A DNA stretch of 64,000 nucleotides, from assembly GCF_026210795.1 (NCBI RefSeq), contig NC_089429.1:6324001-6388000 (forward strand). Reading direction: 5' to 3'. A program made the translations under genes and the position numbers. Below are positions 26,931 through 41,071 of the stretch, piece after piece (within the stretch, counting starts at the first letter, position 1; every line of letters starts with the position of its first letter). Source of the DNA: Rhizophagus irregularis. Taxonomy: Eukaryota. The notes beneath the pieces are model-generated. The model searched no databases, was not told where the DNA came from, and saw only the letters and a program-made list of their open reading frames with translations.

Positions 26931-29900
26931 CACAAAGACTATACTGATAAAAAGAGGAATGAAAGAGAAACAAGGAGGAATGAAAGGGAGACAAAGAGAA
27001 GTAAAAGGGAGACATGAAATCGTGAAGCAATACCTTTAAATAATAATCAACTGGAGGTATGCGCTATATGCGCAAATTTTGTTGTGGTCTTAAAACATGT
27101 CTAATTCACCTAAACATCTACCACTTTAGCTACAAGTTGATGACCATAATGACCAGTTCCAAAAAAACGAAGAAAAGTACTTGCACATGAAGAGCAAATA
27201 CTGGGACGTCTGTTGGCTTATGAAAAGATTCCAAGCCATATATATAATGAAACACTTCAATTACTTGGAGCTGAATGAGATAAGAAAAGGGTCTGGAATT
27301 ATCGTGTTAATAAAGAATAAAATCAATTAAAATCACTTATTATTACTAGTGAAGTTAAATAAATAAGTTTATTTTCGATTTAACTTATGTTTTACCTTGT
27401 TGTCATATATATAAAAATGATAATTCGCAATTTTTACAAAATTGACAGTCAAGTTTTTTTTACGTAAAATAAAAAATAGCTACGAAATACATATATCTGG
27501 GTGATATTTACGATATGTTTAACAGTTCAATCAGTGACATATATGTGAAAAAGTGAGTAAAGTTTCAATAATATTATTTTTTATTTCAAATAATAAAATT
27601 ACCACAAATTTTATAGAAAAATGTAGGGTAGCATGTAAAAGAATAGGCGGTAAAAGACGGTATGTTACACAAACTATATTTATTAATGATCGTCAATTCA
27701 TGTGACATTTCTGATGACTGATATCGAGAGTTAGTTTTTTCTATTAAACATGATTTAGTAAAATTTATTGAACATTATATACAATCTTCATATACTACTA
27801 ATAAGAGACAAGCCATATTATGATATGTGTATGAAAAATTTGTCAATAGCTTAAAATTATATATTGTTTCTTTATTTGAATCTATATAACTAAAATGAAA
27901 TACATTTAATTAATATGACTATATAATAATACTTATTTAAATATTGTTTTTTTTATTATTAACTATAATATTAATGCTAATAAAGAAAATTTATTATAAT
28001 GTTACTATATCTTGTAAAATATTCAAAATATTATACACATAAATATCCATCAAAAGTATTAAACTGTTATTTAATAACTACTATATCTGCGAAATTGTCA
28101 GATTACTTAATCTTTACAAAATAATTAGTGTCTGTCCATACCCATGTGATTTTTGTGGCGTTTAAATTTAATTGGCTCAATTGAGCTGGTTAGTTTCTCA
28201 TGTAATATTTATCTTAGAAAAAAAAACCATAAAAAGAAAAAAAAAGAGAAGAAAAAAAAAGATATATTTTTTCTAAAAATATAACTAGTTAACAAAAAAA
28301 TAATAGAATAAGATATATTAAATCATATTTATAATATTAGAATGAATATAAATTATATTTACAATAATGTAGATATTTATATTAATGATTTGACGTTTGA
28401 GTGTAGAATTAAATTCGGATTAATTAAGGAATTGTGAAAAATAATCATTATCAATAATATCAATAAAAATTGATTAATTTTCTAGAAGTATTTTCGAAAA
28501 AACTTTGTTATTATGAAAATACTACAAATATTTTTATTAATTAATTATATTTTATATTACGTCAATCTTAAACTTATAACAAACTTAGAAAAATATTTGA
28601 ATAATAAATGGTATTAGAATTTGTTCATTTCACTTATTATTATTCTTTTGATACTTATTTTACTCGATAAGTTATTAATTTAATTAAACCATTTGAATTA
28701 AAATTTTTATTCAAAAATCTGGTGATTATTTAGAGGATTTCGGATATGGATTTGGTTATAATAATCTATTATTAAATTAACAATTTTTTTAATTAATTAA
28801 TTATAAAATATTGTAAAAACATCAATTTTTTTTTGATTTTTATGAATTTGAAAATCAAACTATTTATCCAGACGTTCAATTTAATTGAAAAAAATCTTAA
28901 TCATCTTTCTATCTTCTATCAATGTCGGTCAATTTTCCTACATGTTATATTGATTTTTTTAAAAAATAATAATTTTGTAAATATATCTAATATAATATTT
29001 TATTTCTTTAAAAAAAAATCAAAAAAAATAAAGAAAGAAATCGGTTTAAAAAAGGGAAATTTCTGGAAAAAAAAGGAATCTGAAAAAAAAGTACCGCCTA
29101 AAGAAAAAAAATAATATAAAAAAAATCGGGATTATTTAAAAATAAAATTTTCAGTTTGGGAAAAAAAATTAAAATTTTTCGGTTTGAAAAATGGATTAGT
29201 TGAATAGTTTTTGACCATAAATAGATCAGAGGAGGCATTTCACGAGTTTTAATTATATGGCATGGGATTTCAAGTTTCATAATTCAAAATTATTTACTGT
29301 TATGCCAAATGTCAGACAATTTTTTTTAGTTATATAAATTTATTATAGATTTAATTACAGAATTATTTAATATTGTTATGTATCTATATAATAATTAAAA
29401 ACAATCTCACTAAAAAAAATTCGTTGATATCAAAAAAAAAATTTTCTACGCAAATTTATTAATTGGGAAATAATATTGAAAAAACAATAAACAAAAAAGT
29501 TCTAACTAAAAAAATTTTCATGTGAATTTATTAATCAGAAACAATATCATTGACTAAAAAAAATCTCACTAAAAATCGAAAAACACTAAAGTTTTTAAAT
29601 AAGGAGCGCTCTTTATAATAAAATTTTCATAAAACTCATTTGATTAAGGATAACCATTATTCTTCTACTACAATCGCTCGAAAAAACTGTCCTCAAACGT
29701 TAATATATTGAAAATTTTTGATCATTTCGAACGTTTCAAACATTGAACGTGTTCACATGGAAAGACATATTTCCAAATTGGTTGACCGGTTTTTTACAAA
29801 AAGAAAACAGAAAGCCACCAAAGCCCCTAAAGTTATTGATTTGACCACACATTATAAACTAGATCATGCAAGTTTTTATTTACTTATTGATATTGCTTAA

Positions 29901-32900
29901 ATATTTATAATAAAATTAATTAGTTTACGTAATTTTGATACTTTAGTTAAATAAAGTAGGTCTAGGAAGCTCGATTTCCTACCAATCTTTAAACTAATAC
30001 ATTTCCGGTACGGTTAATTAAAAATTTTAACTGGATTTTCTTATTCTTTTTTTTGGATTTTTTTAGGGGATTTTTTTTTAATCAGAATTTATCAAAATTT
30101 TTAGGATATTTTTTTAACCAAAAAATATTGTTTATTCTTTTTTGGTTTGGATCAAGACTATAATCAGATTAGAATTATGTCCTATGGCACCATCTATCGA
30201 TGTGTCATAATAGATTGCCATATATGGTTGGTTTGTAATGCCGACTGATTTATCAATCCATTGATGACCTTTTTGATGCTCCAGTTTAGGATTAATATTT
30301 GTTACATCAATGAAACTTAATCAGTAATTATTTATTGAAATTTTTCACACAAATAAGCCTTTTTCACGGATAAGGGAAATAATTGGTGTAATACTCGTTT
30401 GTACAACGTTTGTACCCGATCCAAGTATTACAGTAATGACTTGGTAATTAAAAAACAATTGTTATTATTGGCAATTTCATATATTTATAGTATAAAAGTA
30501 CATATTCAAATATTTTTAATACGCTCAAATTATTTATAAAAAATATTTGAAGGAGCAATTTATCGAAAGTTATCTTGCAATTTGTTATATATATTTTTTT
30601 ACAAAAAAAAAAAGAATTAAAGGTCAAAAATATTTTAAAAAAAATATTACAAAATATGATTTTCTCACCTTGTTCTACATTTATGGCAAATAGATTGATA
30701 AAAATTCTAACTATAGATACAAATCGGAACACTGACCCTTTTATTCATGGGGTACGTATTAAAACGTAACATCCGACCAATAAACAGTAGAATGGAATTC
30801 TGAAAAAGGAAAAGATATGGATAATAAATAACCCTTTTTTTTGATGTCATTATCAGATATTTGACGAATACTATTTATTTCAAAAGTACAATCATATGAA
30901 AAAAAATGTATTTATTGTATAATTTAATTTTACAAATTTTTATGTTACGAATCTCGGTAATTTCGCCACATTTAACAAGAAATAAAGCCACATTTACAAA
31001 ATTGCAATGTTTCTTTCAAGAGAAACATCCCGTAGATTAATGAATTTTAATTAAAAAATATTATAAGTTTTATATTTTTAAAAAGAAAATAAAAAAAGAA
31101 AGTATAAGTCAAACCGAAGTTTGTGTATAAACATAAATAAAAAAAAATGATGGCTTAGTTGTGCCACTGATGTGGCTTCCTGGTGGGCTTGTAGGGGTTA
31201 CCCGTTACTATCTCATTTTCATCAATTCATATGATTGTCAAAAATTAATGCATTTCAGGATATGATCATCGGGGGAAAAAACATACTGTATATATATTAC
31301 ACAATCACACAACATCAAAGCCGTAGAGGTTGAATGGGCTGAAAAAAAAAATTTTTTTTTTGTATCAGTTTCCTAATTTATTTTAATGAAAAAAAAAAAA
31401 ATCATTATTTAATCAGGACCCCGAGCAATACTGAAATAGGTAACAAGAAATAACGCGTAGAATAGGCTAAAATAATCATGAAAATCTTTCCTTTTTTAGA
31501 TAAATTTTGATAACGTTGGTAAGAAATATATTACTTTATTTAGTAACTGACTGACATTATCATAATTCCGGCCCTGAAAAAATGCGTAGAGCTAATAGTA
31601 AAATTTTGCCAATTTCCTATGACCTATTTATATATTGTTCGGGTCCTATTTAATCCCGCGTATTTTTAAGCTTTCAAATTTTATTCCAATAAAAAAAATA
31701 AAAATAAAAAACAAAAACTCATCATAATGAAAATTTTCCCATATTCGGTCTGCATTGACCCCTATTTTACAACCTGGCCCGGCCTGCACTGGTCCCTTTT
31801 GCAAGCTTCTATTCTTCACATAAAAAAATTTTCACCTTTATTCTCATATTCTTCACATAAATTAAAATAAAAATTTTTACCTTTATTCTCTTATTCTTCA
31901 CATAAATTAAAAAATATTTCATTTTACAACACAATATCCAATTTTAATAAGAACGTTTTCTGTACTAATAACAAAATACCAATAATCAAAAATATTGAAA
32001 ACTGTTATGATTTTATTCACAAAGATGTTGTTCCTCTAAGAGAACAAACTCCAATGATCCTATCAATACTTTAAGAAATGCGAAACATCCATCAAACGTG
32101 TCAGGAAAACAGCCCATTATATAGGAACGTTTCCAACCTCAAACATTTACGAGAAACGGCAACTGAAATAAAAATAAATGGACTTATATTAGCAAATCAA
32201 CAATTGTCAAAGGAGAGTATGTTAGACGAGGCCAAGCAAAATGATCAAATTAAACGAAATCACTTCAAAAAAAGTAGGTGTTTAAATTTCCTTTAAAACT
32301 CAAATAAAGACTTGTATATATCAGATATTAATCAGTTAAATCTTCAATCAAATAGGAGTGGGTTTATGGATAAATTAATTTTTGATAGATGTAATAATGC
32401 AAACCAATTCTCTTTTAATACTACTAATAGTAGAGAAATATATTATTACCCAAATGCTAAGAATTCCTTCTCGAATTTGAACATCCTTTCAATTAGTTTT
32501 GAGAATAAAATGGTATATACATTAATTTTAAAACTTACCTTTAGATTCATGAATATATAAAAAACAAATTATTTGCAGAACTCGCAGAATTTCTAAAGAA
32601 AATACTAGTAAATCCAGGCTTTAGTTTATTAATTTTATATGAAATTATTTTTGTAACAGATCATTTTTAAGAAAATAATTTATTTTATTATTTATATTTT
32701 TATATAGTTATATGATGTATCAATTTGAAATATTCACATTCTTTTACATCGAAATCACTTTCAATTTTTATAATCGATTTTTCATAAGAGGATTTTATAC
32801 AATAATTAATATCGGATAAGTCCCAGTCTTCGTATTTTACACGACTTAAAATATAATTTTCATTGGTAAAAGAAATATAAAACTATTTTTAGTAGTTCTA

Positions 32901-33497
32901 TTGTCCCATTCAGCTGGATTATAACCTCCAAGAATTTCGTTACTATCCTTTCACTTTAATAATTGTTACTGTGCGAGATTTATTATCACAAATTTCGTGA
33001 AATTTGTTTTGTGAATGTCCATCACGGGATGCACGAAATAATAATTTGAATTCATATGATGAAGCTAACTCATTGGACTCCCATAACTGGTTTAACTCAA
33101 GTGGTAAATGGAATTGTAAAATTCTCTAAAATAATTTTTAATTTAATGTAACAGATGATAAAAGGACAGATAAAAAAGATTTAAATTATAATTTTGATCG
33201 TTTAAATAATTCAATATGTTGAGAACAAACGTTATTAGAGCATTCCCTATAAAAAAGAAACGTACGGAATACATGACAACTTTTTTTTTTTTAAGAAAAA
33301 AAATAAATTTTTTTTTGTGGACTATTTAAATTAATTGAGTTGTAAATATTTTTCTCTTGTAACAATTGATGAATAGGCGCAATAAGTTCATTATATCGGG
33401 CGTTCACTGTTAATAAAGATTAAAAGATAATATTATTTAAATTGTGATTACATGAGAAAAAATCTAATCTCATATCTGAAAAATAATATTTAAAGCG

Positions 33498-33772
33498 GCA
33501 GTGTTCTTCTTCCTTCTACAAAAGGTATGTAAATAATGTGTGAGTAAAATTGGTCGTCGAATCACTTGAGATTTTGATAGGAGTTCTAACTTGCCCAATA
33601 TTCTCCTATACGTAGACTATAAACTAATTAAAATTTATTTATTATTTATTATTAGGCTGCTATTGCTGTGGAAATACTGGGAAAACGCATGGAGATAGTT
33701 GTCACTGTATCGTGAGGTTTGGTGAAGGCGCCATAAGAAATAAAGAAGCTTGCGGAACTCATTGCAATTGTG
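33498..33772 (+). CDS. Candidate exons of a small cysteine-rich protein (incomplete model)
   Basis: Exon ending ...CCTTCTACAAAAG|gtatgt, then ttattag|33656-33772|gtaagt (117 nt, phase 1-1). Reads SVLLPSTKGCYCCGNTGKTHGDSCHCIVRFGEGAIRNKEACGTHCNC. Start and stop exons not identified. Confidence 0.45.
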
Positions 33773-35286
33773 GTAAGTAATAATTCTCAAATTTCTCACA
33801 TTTTATAAGTCATTGTTATTATCATCAAAATCTCAAAATGTTTCAATGACCTGAATTATGGCACATTTACGTTTTTTAAAAAAAACTATTATAACGTGTT
33901 ACGGTAGCGTAATTTTACTTTGACCTACTATTATCATCGTTGGAATGCAAAGTAATGTGAAACAGTGAGCTACTTTAGAATTTTAAAATACTTTTTTTAA
34001 GGTCTTTCTTATGTACATACAATGAATTGTGTTTATAACGTTAATGAATGAAATTATTGGAACTTGTACACGCAATGTCAAAAAATATAGTAGAAGCGAA
34101 TTTAAATAATACATAATAGTTTGTTAAAGTTCAGTCGTTTGGAATACTAAATTAATTAATACTTATTGTTCAATACTAACTTGGTTATTAAAATCTTGAG
34201 ACACTTTTACTTACGCCAAAATAAATATTGTCTGATTCAGTGATTATACTTTTTTTATATAACAACAGATAGAAAAAATTTTATGAATAAAAACACATGA
34301 TTAATATAAAATTTTCCCCACCGAATTTTTAAAAAATCTTATAGGATTTATGAAATTTATAAATTATTATATTTTCTATAAATAAAAGGAACATGACATT
34401 AAAAAATAATAAAAAAGATTGGATAAACTATTTTAGATTCTTTAAATAAGTTAATAATATCTTTAATTTTTTCACATTTAATTATTACGGTTTTCAAATT
34501 AGTGGATACGAATAAAATAAAAAATGAAATTTTATAATCTCGTGCCTCGTGGGAATAAGAAAATTCTCTAAAAATCTAATTTTGGGATTAAAAACTCGTT
34601 TACTTTATTTAAAGTATATTCACGTTACATAATATTTAATTGATTGGCTACTAAAAATCAATTTAAATAATTTTAATGTCTGAAATTTTTTCATTAATTC
34701 CGTATTGATTATTTTGTTCAAAAAGATTTTACTCGATATATTCAAAAAATTTCTTTATTTATCGATACTGATTATGGGCAAAGGATTATCTTTCAAATAA
34801 TAATAAAAAAAATAAGAAAATAATATGTAATTGATAATTAATTACAAGTTCTTAACTTTTCCTCATTTAACATATCATTCGAGGATTTTAAATTATTGTA
34901 TTGTAGACAATGCAATTATTTATTAATACTTTATCAATTACAAAAAATTATGAAGGAAATTAAAAAAATTATTGGCGTAACAATACGTTATACGATAAAT
35001 GCTATTCGAGATTTTATCAAGCTCTGCTAAGTGGGCAAGAAATTTCTCATTCTAGCCTTCATTCCACTTTATTTATGCGCAAAAACGACTCAACGAGATA
35101 AATGTATATTCTTTGTTACACACGAATTACACGAGATTTTAACCATATTTATTTTAGTCCATAATTTGGTATATAATGTTATGTTGCACACTTTCACAGA
35201 GTGCAATGGCAATTATAGTATAAGGTCAAACATTTACGCATTTGGATTATTACTTTTCTTTTCGCTAACGTTAAAATTTATAAAAA

Positions 35287-36749
35287 ATGGATGACAATAA
35301 ACTTTTACCAAAATTATCTCAAAATTTACTTGAAATTTTAAATGATGAAGAATATTATGTGATATTATTATTGAAGTTGGTAATGACCCTTACGTAAAAG
35401 TCTTCCGTGCTCACAGTTATTTTATATTATCGTTCCCCTTACTTACGAAGAATTCTATCAACGAATAAAAAGAAAAGTGATGGAACTTTGTCTCGTATTA
35501 AATTATCAAACATTTTACCAGAAATTTTTCAAATAATTTTAAGGTATTATAATTTTTTTAAAGACGGTTAAATAAATTTTATTTTAATAATATTTAATTT
35601 AAGAAGATTTCTTTAGTATTTGCAAATATATATACGGTGGAAAACTTTCTTTGAGTGAATATGATACTTTAGACCTAATTAAAGTTTTAGTTGCTGCTAG
35701 CGTACTTAATCTTCAAGAATTAATCATATATCTACAATTCTATTTGATCGAAAGTAAAACAAATTGGATGGAACAAAATTTTAATTTGATATATCAAACA
35801 ATCTTTGAGAATGATTCCTTCTTGGAACTTCAAAATTATTGTACCGATTTAATTTCTAAAGGAGTCAGATAAGATATTTAATTCTTTAAATTTTTCTTCA
35901 ATCCCAGAAAAACTTTTAGTTACAACTATTCAAAGTGATAATCGCCAAATGAGTGAAATTCAAATTTGGGAATATGTTCTTAAATGGGATGGGGTCTTGC
36001 TCAAAATTCCGACCTTCCCTCTGACCCTATAAACTTTCAAAAGATGATTTCAAAAGTTTAAAGAATACCTTACAAGGATGTATTCCATTTATTAATTTTA
36101 CAATTTAACTTCTAAAGAATTTTTAGAAAATGTATTATAACCTTAATAATTCTTTATATAAATCTTTGGGAAATATTTTTCATAAGAGCTTTTTTAAGTC
36201 TTTCAGATCCTAATAACAAACCAGTTGATAAATCGGAATATGGTACAATTAAGGAAAATAAGAGAACTATTGATTCAAAAATTATAACTTATCAACATAT
36301 TGAATTGATCGATAGATTAGAAATCACGGATAAGTTGGCTTCTTCGTATAAATTTAAATTATTATTTCGCGCATCTCGTGACGGACATTCACAAAATAAA
36401 TTTCATCAAATTTGCGATAATAAACCTGCACAGTAACATTTGTTAAAGTGAAAGACAGTAACGAAATTCTTGGAAGATATAACCCAAATCAGATGGTTGG
36501 TTAGGCACTACTATATATTTTCGTTAGCAATGATAAATCGATAATTATATTTTAAGTCGTATAACGAATGGGAATTATGCTCCTTATTTCGGTCCATCAT
36601 TTGGTGAAAATGATCTTATTATATGGACTTGCAATAATAGAAAAAAGTTAACATTTTGTGGCAGTAAAAAAAAATATTATGAAAAACCGATAAGAATTAC
36701 TAAAGACAACTTTGATATAGAAGAATGTGAAGTGTTTCAAATTGTATAG
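35287..36749 (+). pseudogene. BTB/POZ-BACK-TLDc protein pseudogene
   Basis: MDDNKLLPKLSQNLLEILNDEEY..DIIIEVGNDPYVKVFRAH (BTB), NWMEQNFNLIYQTIFENDSFLELQNYC, FKLLFRASRDG...FHQICDNK...YFGPSFG...EECEVFQIV* (TLDc). Multiple frameshifts. Confidence 0.9.
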
Positions 36750-39700
36750 GAAAATTAATAGCGATGAGTTTTTTTGAACTCATTTTAATTAAAATATAAT
36801 TATTAATAAAGTTCAAAAATTATATTCTATTGATATATTTGTTATATTCTTATCAAATTGATTTATATATATATATTTATTTATTCATTAGAATAACAAT
36901 ACAGAAATCATTATTTGAAAGTGCAGTAAACCCTTTTTTTTCAACCAAAGTGCTCAAGTTATCAAATATTGTTTTGGAACTTGGTTCAATAGCATTTTTG
37001 GCTTAATTTATAGCAAAGGATAACAACACTTTTTGGGGAAAGTAGGGTCATTTGCCATTTACTATTTGTTGTTATCCCCTGTTTATCTACTGGAATTATT
37101 TTGGAAAATGCTTGAATTATATTATTGAAAAACTTTGACTGATTTGTTTGAAGAAATTTTGAACTCCCTTCTTCATTCAATTGAAGTAACCCTGTAATTG
37201 ACTCTGAATGTTTTCCTGACTTAAATGGTTCTAAATATAATAAAGAAATATAAATTTTTCTATTTGACCAGTAAAAAATTAAAAAATTAAAAATTAAAAG
37301 AAATATGTATATTTACTTGTTGAAAACATCCAAGTTTTCTAATTAGTTCCTAATAAAGGTTCATTTCTCTCTTGAAAAGATAAGAAGAATTTGGCTGATT
37401 AAATGTACTACTGAAAATTGGAATATGCACAGTGTAGTTATTGCTTCCAATAGTACATAGTTTGGAATCTCCTGAGATTGTTTGTCACAATAGATTTGAT
37501 TTGTATACGTCACCATTTAGTTGAAAAATTGAAATATTTGCAGTTGATAATCTCACTTGAATGGCATATTTAATTGTAATGAAATTGATTGAAGAATCAA
37601 TAACTTCATTAACAACTGGCTTTGTTGATTCAATTACAGGATTATCATATTCAGCTCCTATAAATCAAAAAATTTTTTTATAAAAAAAAATAAAATTAAA
37701 AAGTAAAAAATAAATTAAAAACTTACCTTGATTATTTAATCTTAGTAAAGGTTTCAATAAAAATTCTAATTTATTACCAGTTTCCTTCACTCCCAATAAA
37801 GTACTATTTTTTCTGAATAAATTAATATTAACAAACTCTGGGCCAAAAGATCCCCCTGATTTATAATTTCCATTATTATCTAAAATATAAAAGTTCATTG
37901 CCATTGTATTTGTATAATATTTTCTCACAAGAAATCCTCCATAAATTAAACTGTACAAATCAAAATTGCCTGTATTACTTATTTCTTTAGGGACCATACC
38001 AAATTGTACAAAGGATCCAGTTGTTAAAAGTTCTAACTGATAATAATTCACTTCAGTTCTTGATTGATTCTTATTTGTAATTGTATTGTTTAATGATACA
38101 ATACATATATATCCTGCATTATTGTTGTAAAAACATGATTTAAATGCTATACTATTTAATTTTGTAGTAGTTTGGTAGATAAGAGAAGGTGTTGTAGATG
38201 AATATGTTTCCTCTCTTAAAAATGAAACATAAATTTTCCAGTATTGAATATTTGGATCATTTGTTGCTGATGATCCCATTTCATCATATCTTAGAATATA
38301 TGCATATCCAATCCCTCCATCAACTAAACTAAAATTAAAACTATTTACAGAAGTATATGATAATAGGTTTGGTACACTAAACTCGCCACTTCCAAGTTCC
38401 ACCACTTTTCCTGTTGTAATATCTCTAAAATAAAGATGAAAAAGTTATTCAACTGAACAATGAAATATTTAAAAAGTATTTACTTGTAAAATACTTACGG
38501 GGTACTAAGCCAATGCCATGCTGCTATTCCTCTTTTATCATGTTCTTCAATACAAATAAAACCTTTTTCTGATGTTCCACTATCTTTAATATAGTCATTA
38601 ACATTTCCTAAGTAGATTTCACTAAAAAAATAAAATAAATTATTATTGACCTTTATAAATAAGGATACAACAACATCTAAACTTACTTTATAATCTCACT
38701 ATTATAATTAATTATCAAGCCATACTTTCCCTTAACACCATTGTTTGTTTTAACATAAATTATCATTATGTAATTATAACCTAAAGGTATATAAGTTATA
38801 TTAATGGGGCAAACTGCTTCTGGAGGAAAAGTGTAATTAAGATCAATATATGTGATTCGTCCTGTTCTTTCTATTAATTGTAGATAAAAATAAGGTAACA
38901 TGCATGATGGATCTTCTTCATTTTCAAAGGCTATCCAAATCATCAAAGTACCTTCTGAAAGTGCATAAGTACTATATCGTTTTAGACCTTCTATAGGTTC
39001 TTCATAAATGTATGATATATCTTGAGGTAATGTAGTTAGTATCTTGGGTTGGTATATTTTGAAATAATACATTTTGAGATAATATATCTCAAGATGATAA
39101 GCAACAACCTTTTTATATATTTTAATGTTTCACTAAACTATAATATTCTACAATTTTCTATAAGATTCTAAAACTATGACTTATTATGATTCATATGATG
39201 TAATCCTTCCATCTAGTTCCATCTAATTACACCCATCTTTGAGAAACAACTATTTCCCATTCACACAATGAATTCTCATTTCATTGATACAATGGTTTCA
39301 TTGACACAATGATAAATTATTTATAACTAAGTAATAATAACTAGACTAAATATAACTAATCTAAATATAAATAACTATAAATAACTAAACTATAAATAAA
39401 TAATTATAAATAAATATTGTGTAACTAAAGCATTATGTTCTTACATTATTTCAGTTAAATATTCTTCCATCAGTTAAATATTTATCCTTCAGCTAATTGT
39501 TTATCCATATTCCATTCGGTCCTTTATTCATCTGATCGTAATTATCCTAATTCCAAAGGTTACAGCGTAGAACTGCGGCAATCTGCAATTTTTGCAGATT
39601 ACCACATTTTTTTTTACAATTTTTAGTAAAAATCTGTGTAATACTGCAAAATGCAGATTCCAAATTTTTTAATGACATAACATTGTGAAACTTTATATTT

Positions 39701-41071
39701 TTTTATTTTTATAAAAGAACATTTCTAATGTTCTTTATTCTTCTTTTTTGTAGGTTTTGGTACTCTAAAGATTCCCAAAACTTTAAAATGGTAAGTTTTG
39801 CAACATTTGCGAAACTAAATTTTTTTTTATTTTTTTTTCAAAGTAAGCCAAAATTTAAGAACGTTTTACTAATGTTCTTCTTTTTTTATAGAAAATGGCT
39901 TCCCAGATGAAATGGAAACAAGGTAATAACCCGAAAGATAAAAAAAAATTTTTTTTTTTATTTTTTGTTAAAACATTTACTAACATTCTTTTTTTGATTT
40001 GTTTTATAGAGAATAGCTTCCTGAGTGAAATGGACACAAGGTAAACTGAAGGATGTGTTTTTTTTGATTTTTTGTTAAGAACGTTTTGCTAACATTTTTT
40101 TTTTTTGATTTTTTTTTTTTATTTAGAAAAGGCTCCCTGGACCATTCAAAGATGAAATAGACACGAGGTATGCTGGGAGTGCAGAATTTTAGTTTTTATT
40201 TTGATTTTTTTTGTTAAGAATGTTTTACTAACATTCTCTAATTTTTTTTAGAAATGGATCTCTGGACTATTCAAGGTAAAATGGATGCAAAGTAAGCAAA
40301 AAAAAAATTTTTTTTTTTGGTTTTTTTGTTAAGAACAGTTTGCTAATATTCTTTTATTTTATTTTGTAGATTTTAATACTGAAGCTTCAAAATGGTAAGT
40401 TTCGCAACTATTTTGTTGCGAAACTTTGATATTTTTTTATTTTTTTTTTAAAGAACATTTTTAACATTCTTTTTATTCTTTTTTGTAGGATCCGGTACTT
40501 CAAGATTTCCAAAATGAATAGGTAGTAAGTTTTGCAATGTCTTGTTGTGAAACTTTATTATTTTTTTATTTTTATAAAAGAACGTTTTTAACGTTCTTAT
40601 TTTTTTATAGGTTTCCAGGCTTTTTTAGATGAACTGGACTTAAAATATATGTAAGGAATGGAAGAATGGAGGGTAGAAGATTTTTTTAGGATTTTGATGG
40701 TATTTACCTTCGAAATTATATTTTATTTTATTTTTTTGTTAACGAAATATTTACTAATATTTCATTTGTCTTTTCTTTTGTAATTTTAGGTTTTTTCAGT
40801 CAACTTCTGGATGGAATAATTTTGAAGATAACAAGGTAAACTTCAACATTCTTTTACTTTTTTTATTATTTTTGACAAAACATTGCTAACATTTCATTTT
40901 TCTTTTTTTTGTAGGTTGATGGCTTCCTGTAGAACTCTTCATCTTGTCCTCTGTTTTCATGGAAAAAACTATTACTTTGGAGGTTAAGTCTTCCAAACCC
41001 TTCTGAAAAGAATTTCAAAGGTAAACTTCAAAATTCTTTTACATCAGTTTTTTTTATTTCTTTTATTTGAA

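Noticed and set aside
28140..30760. Possible TIR element and short K/F/I-rich ORFs
   Set aside because: Only a 6-bp end match; the ORFs are low-complexity AT-rich artefacts.
31324..31811. Possible hAT MITE (TAGAGGTTGAA...GCAAGCTTCTA)
   Set aside because: Weak TIR and no matching TSD.
31980..32620. Coding-like stretch (ORFs 32078-32296, 32312-32560)
   Set aside because: Interrupted by stops, no recognisable motif, no supportable gene model.
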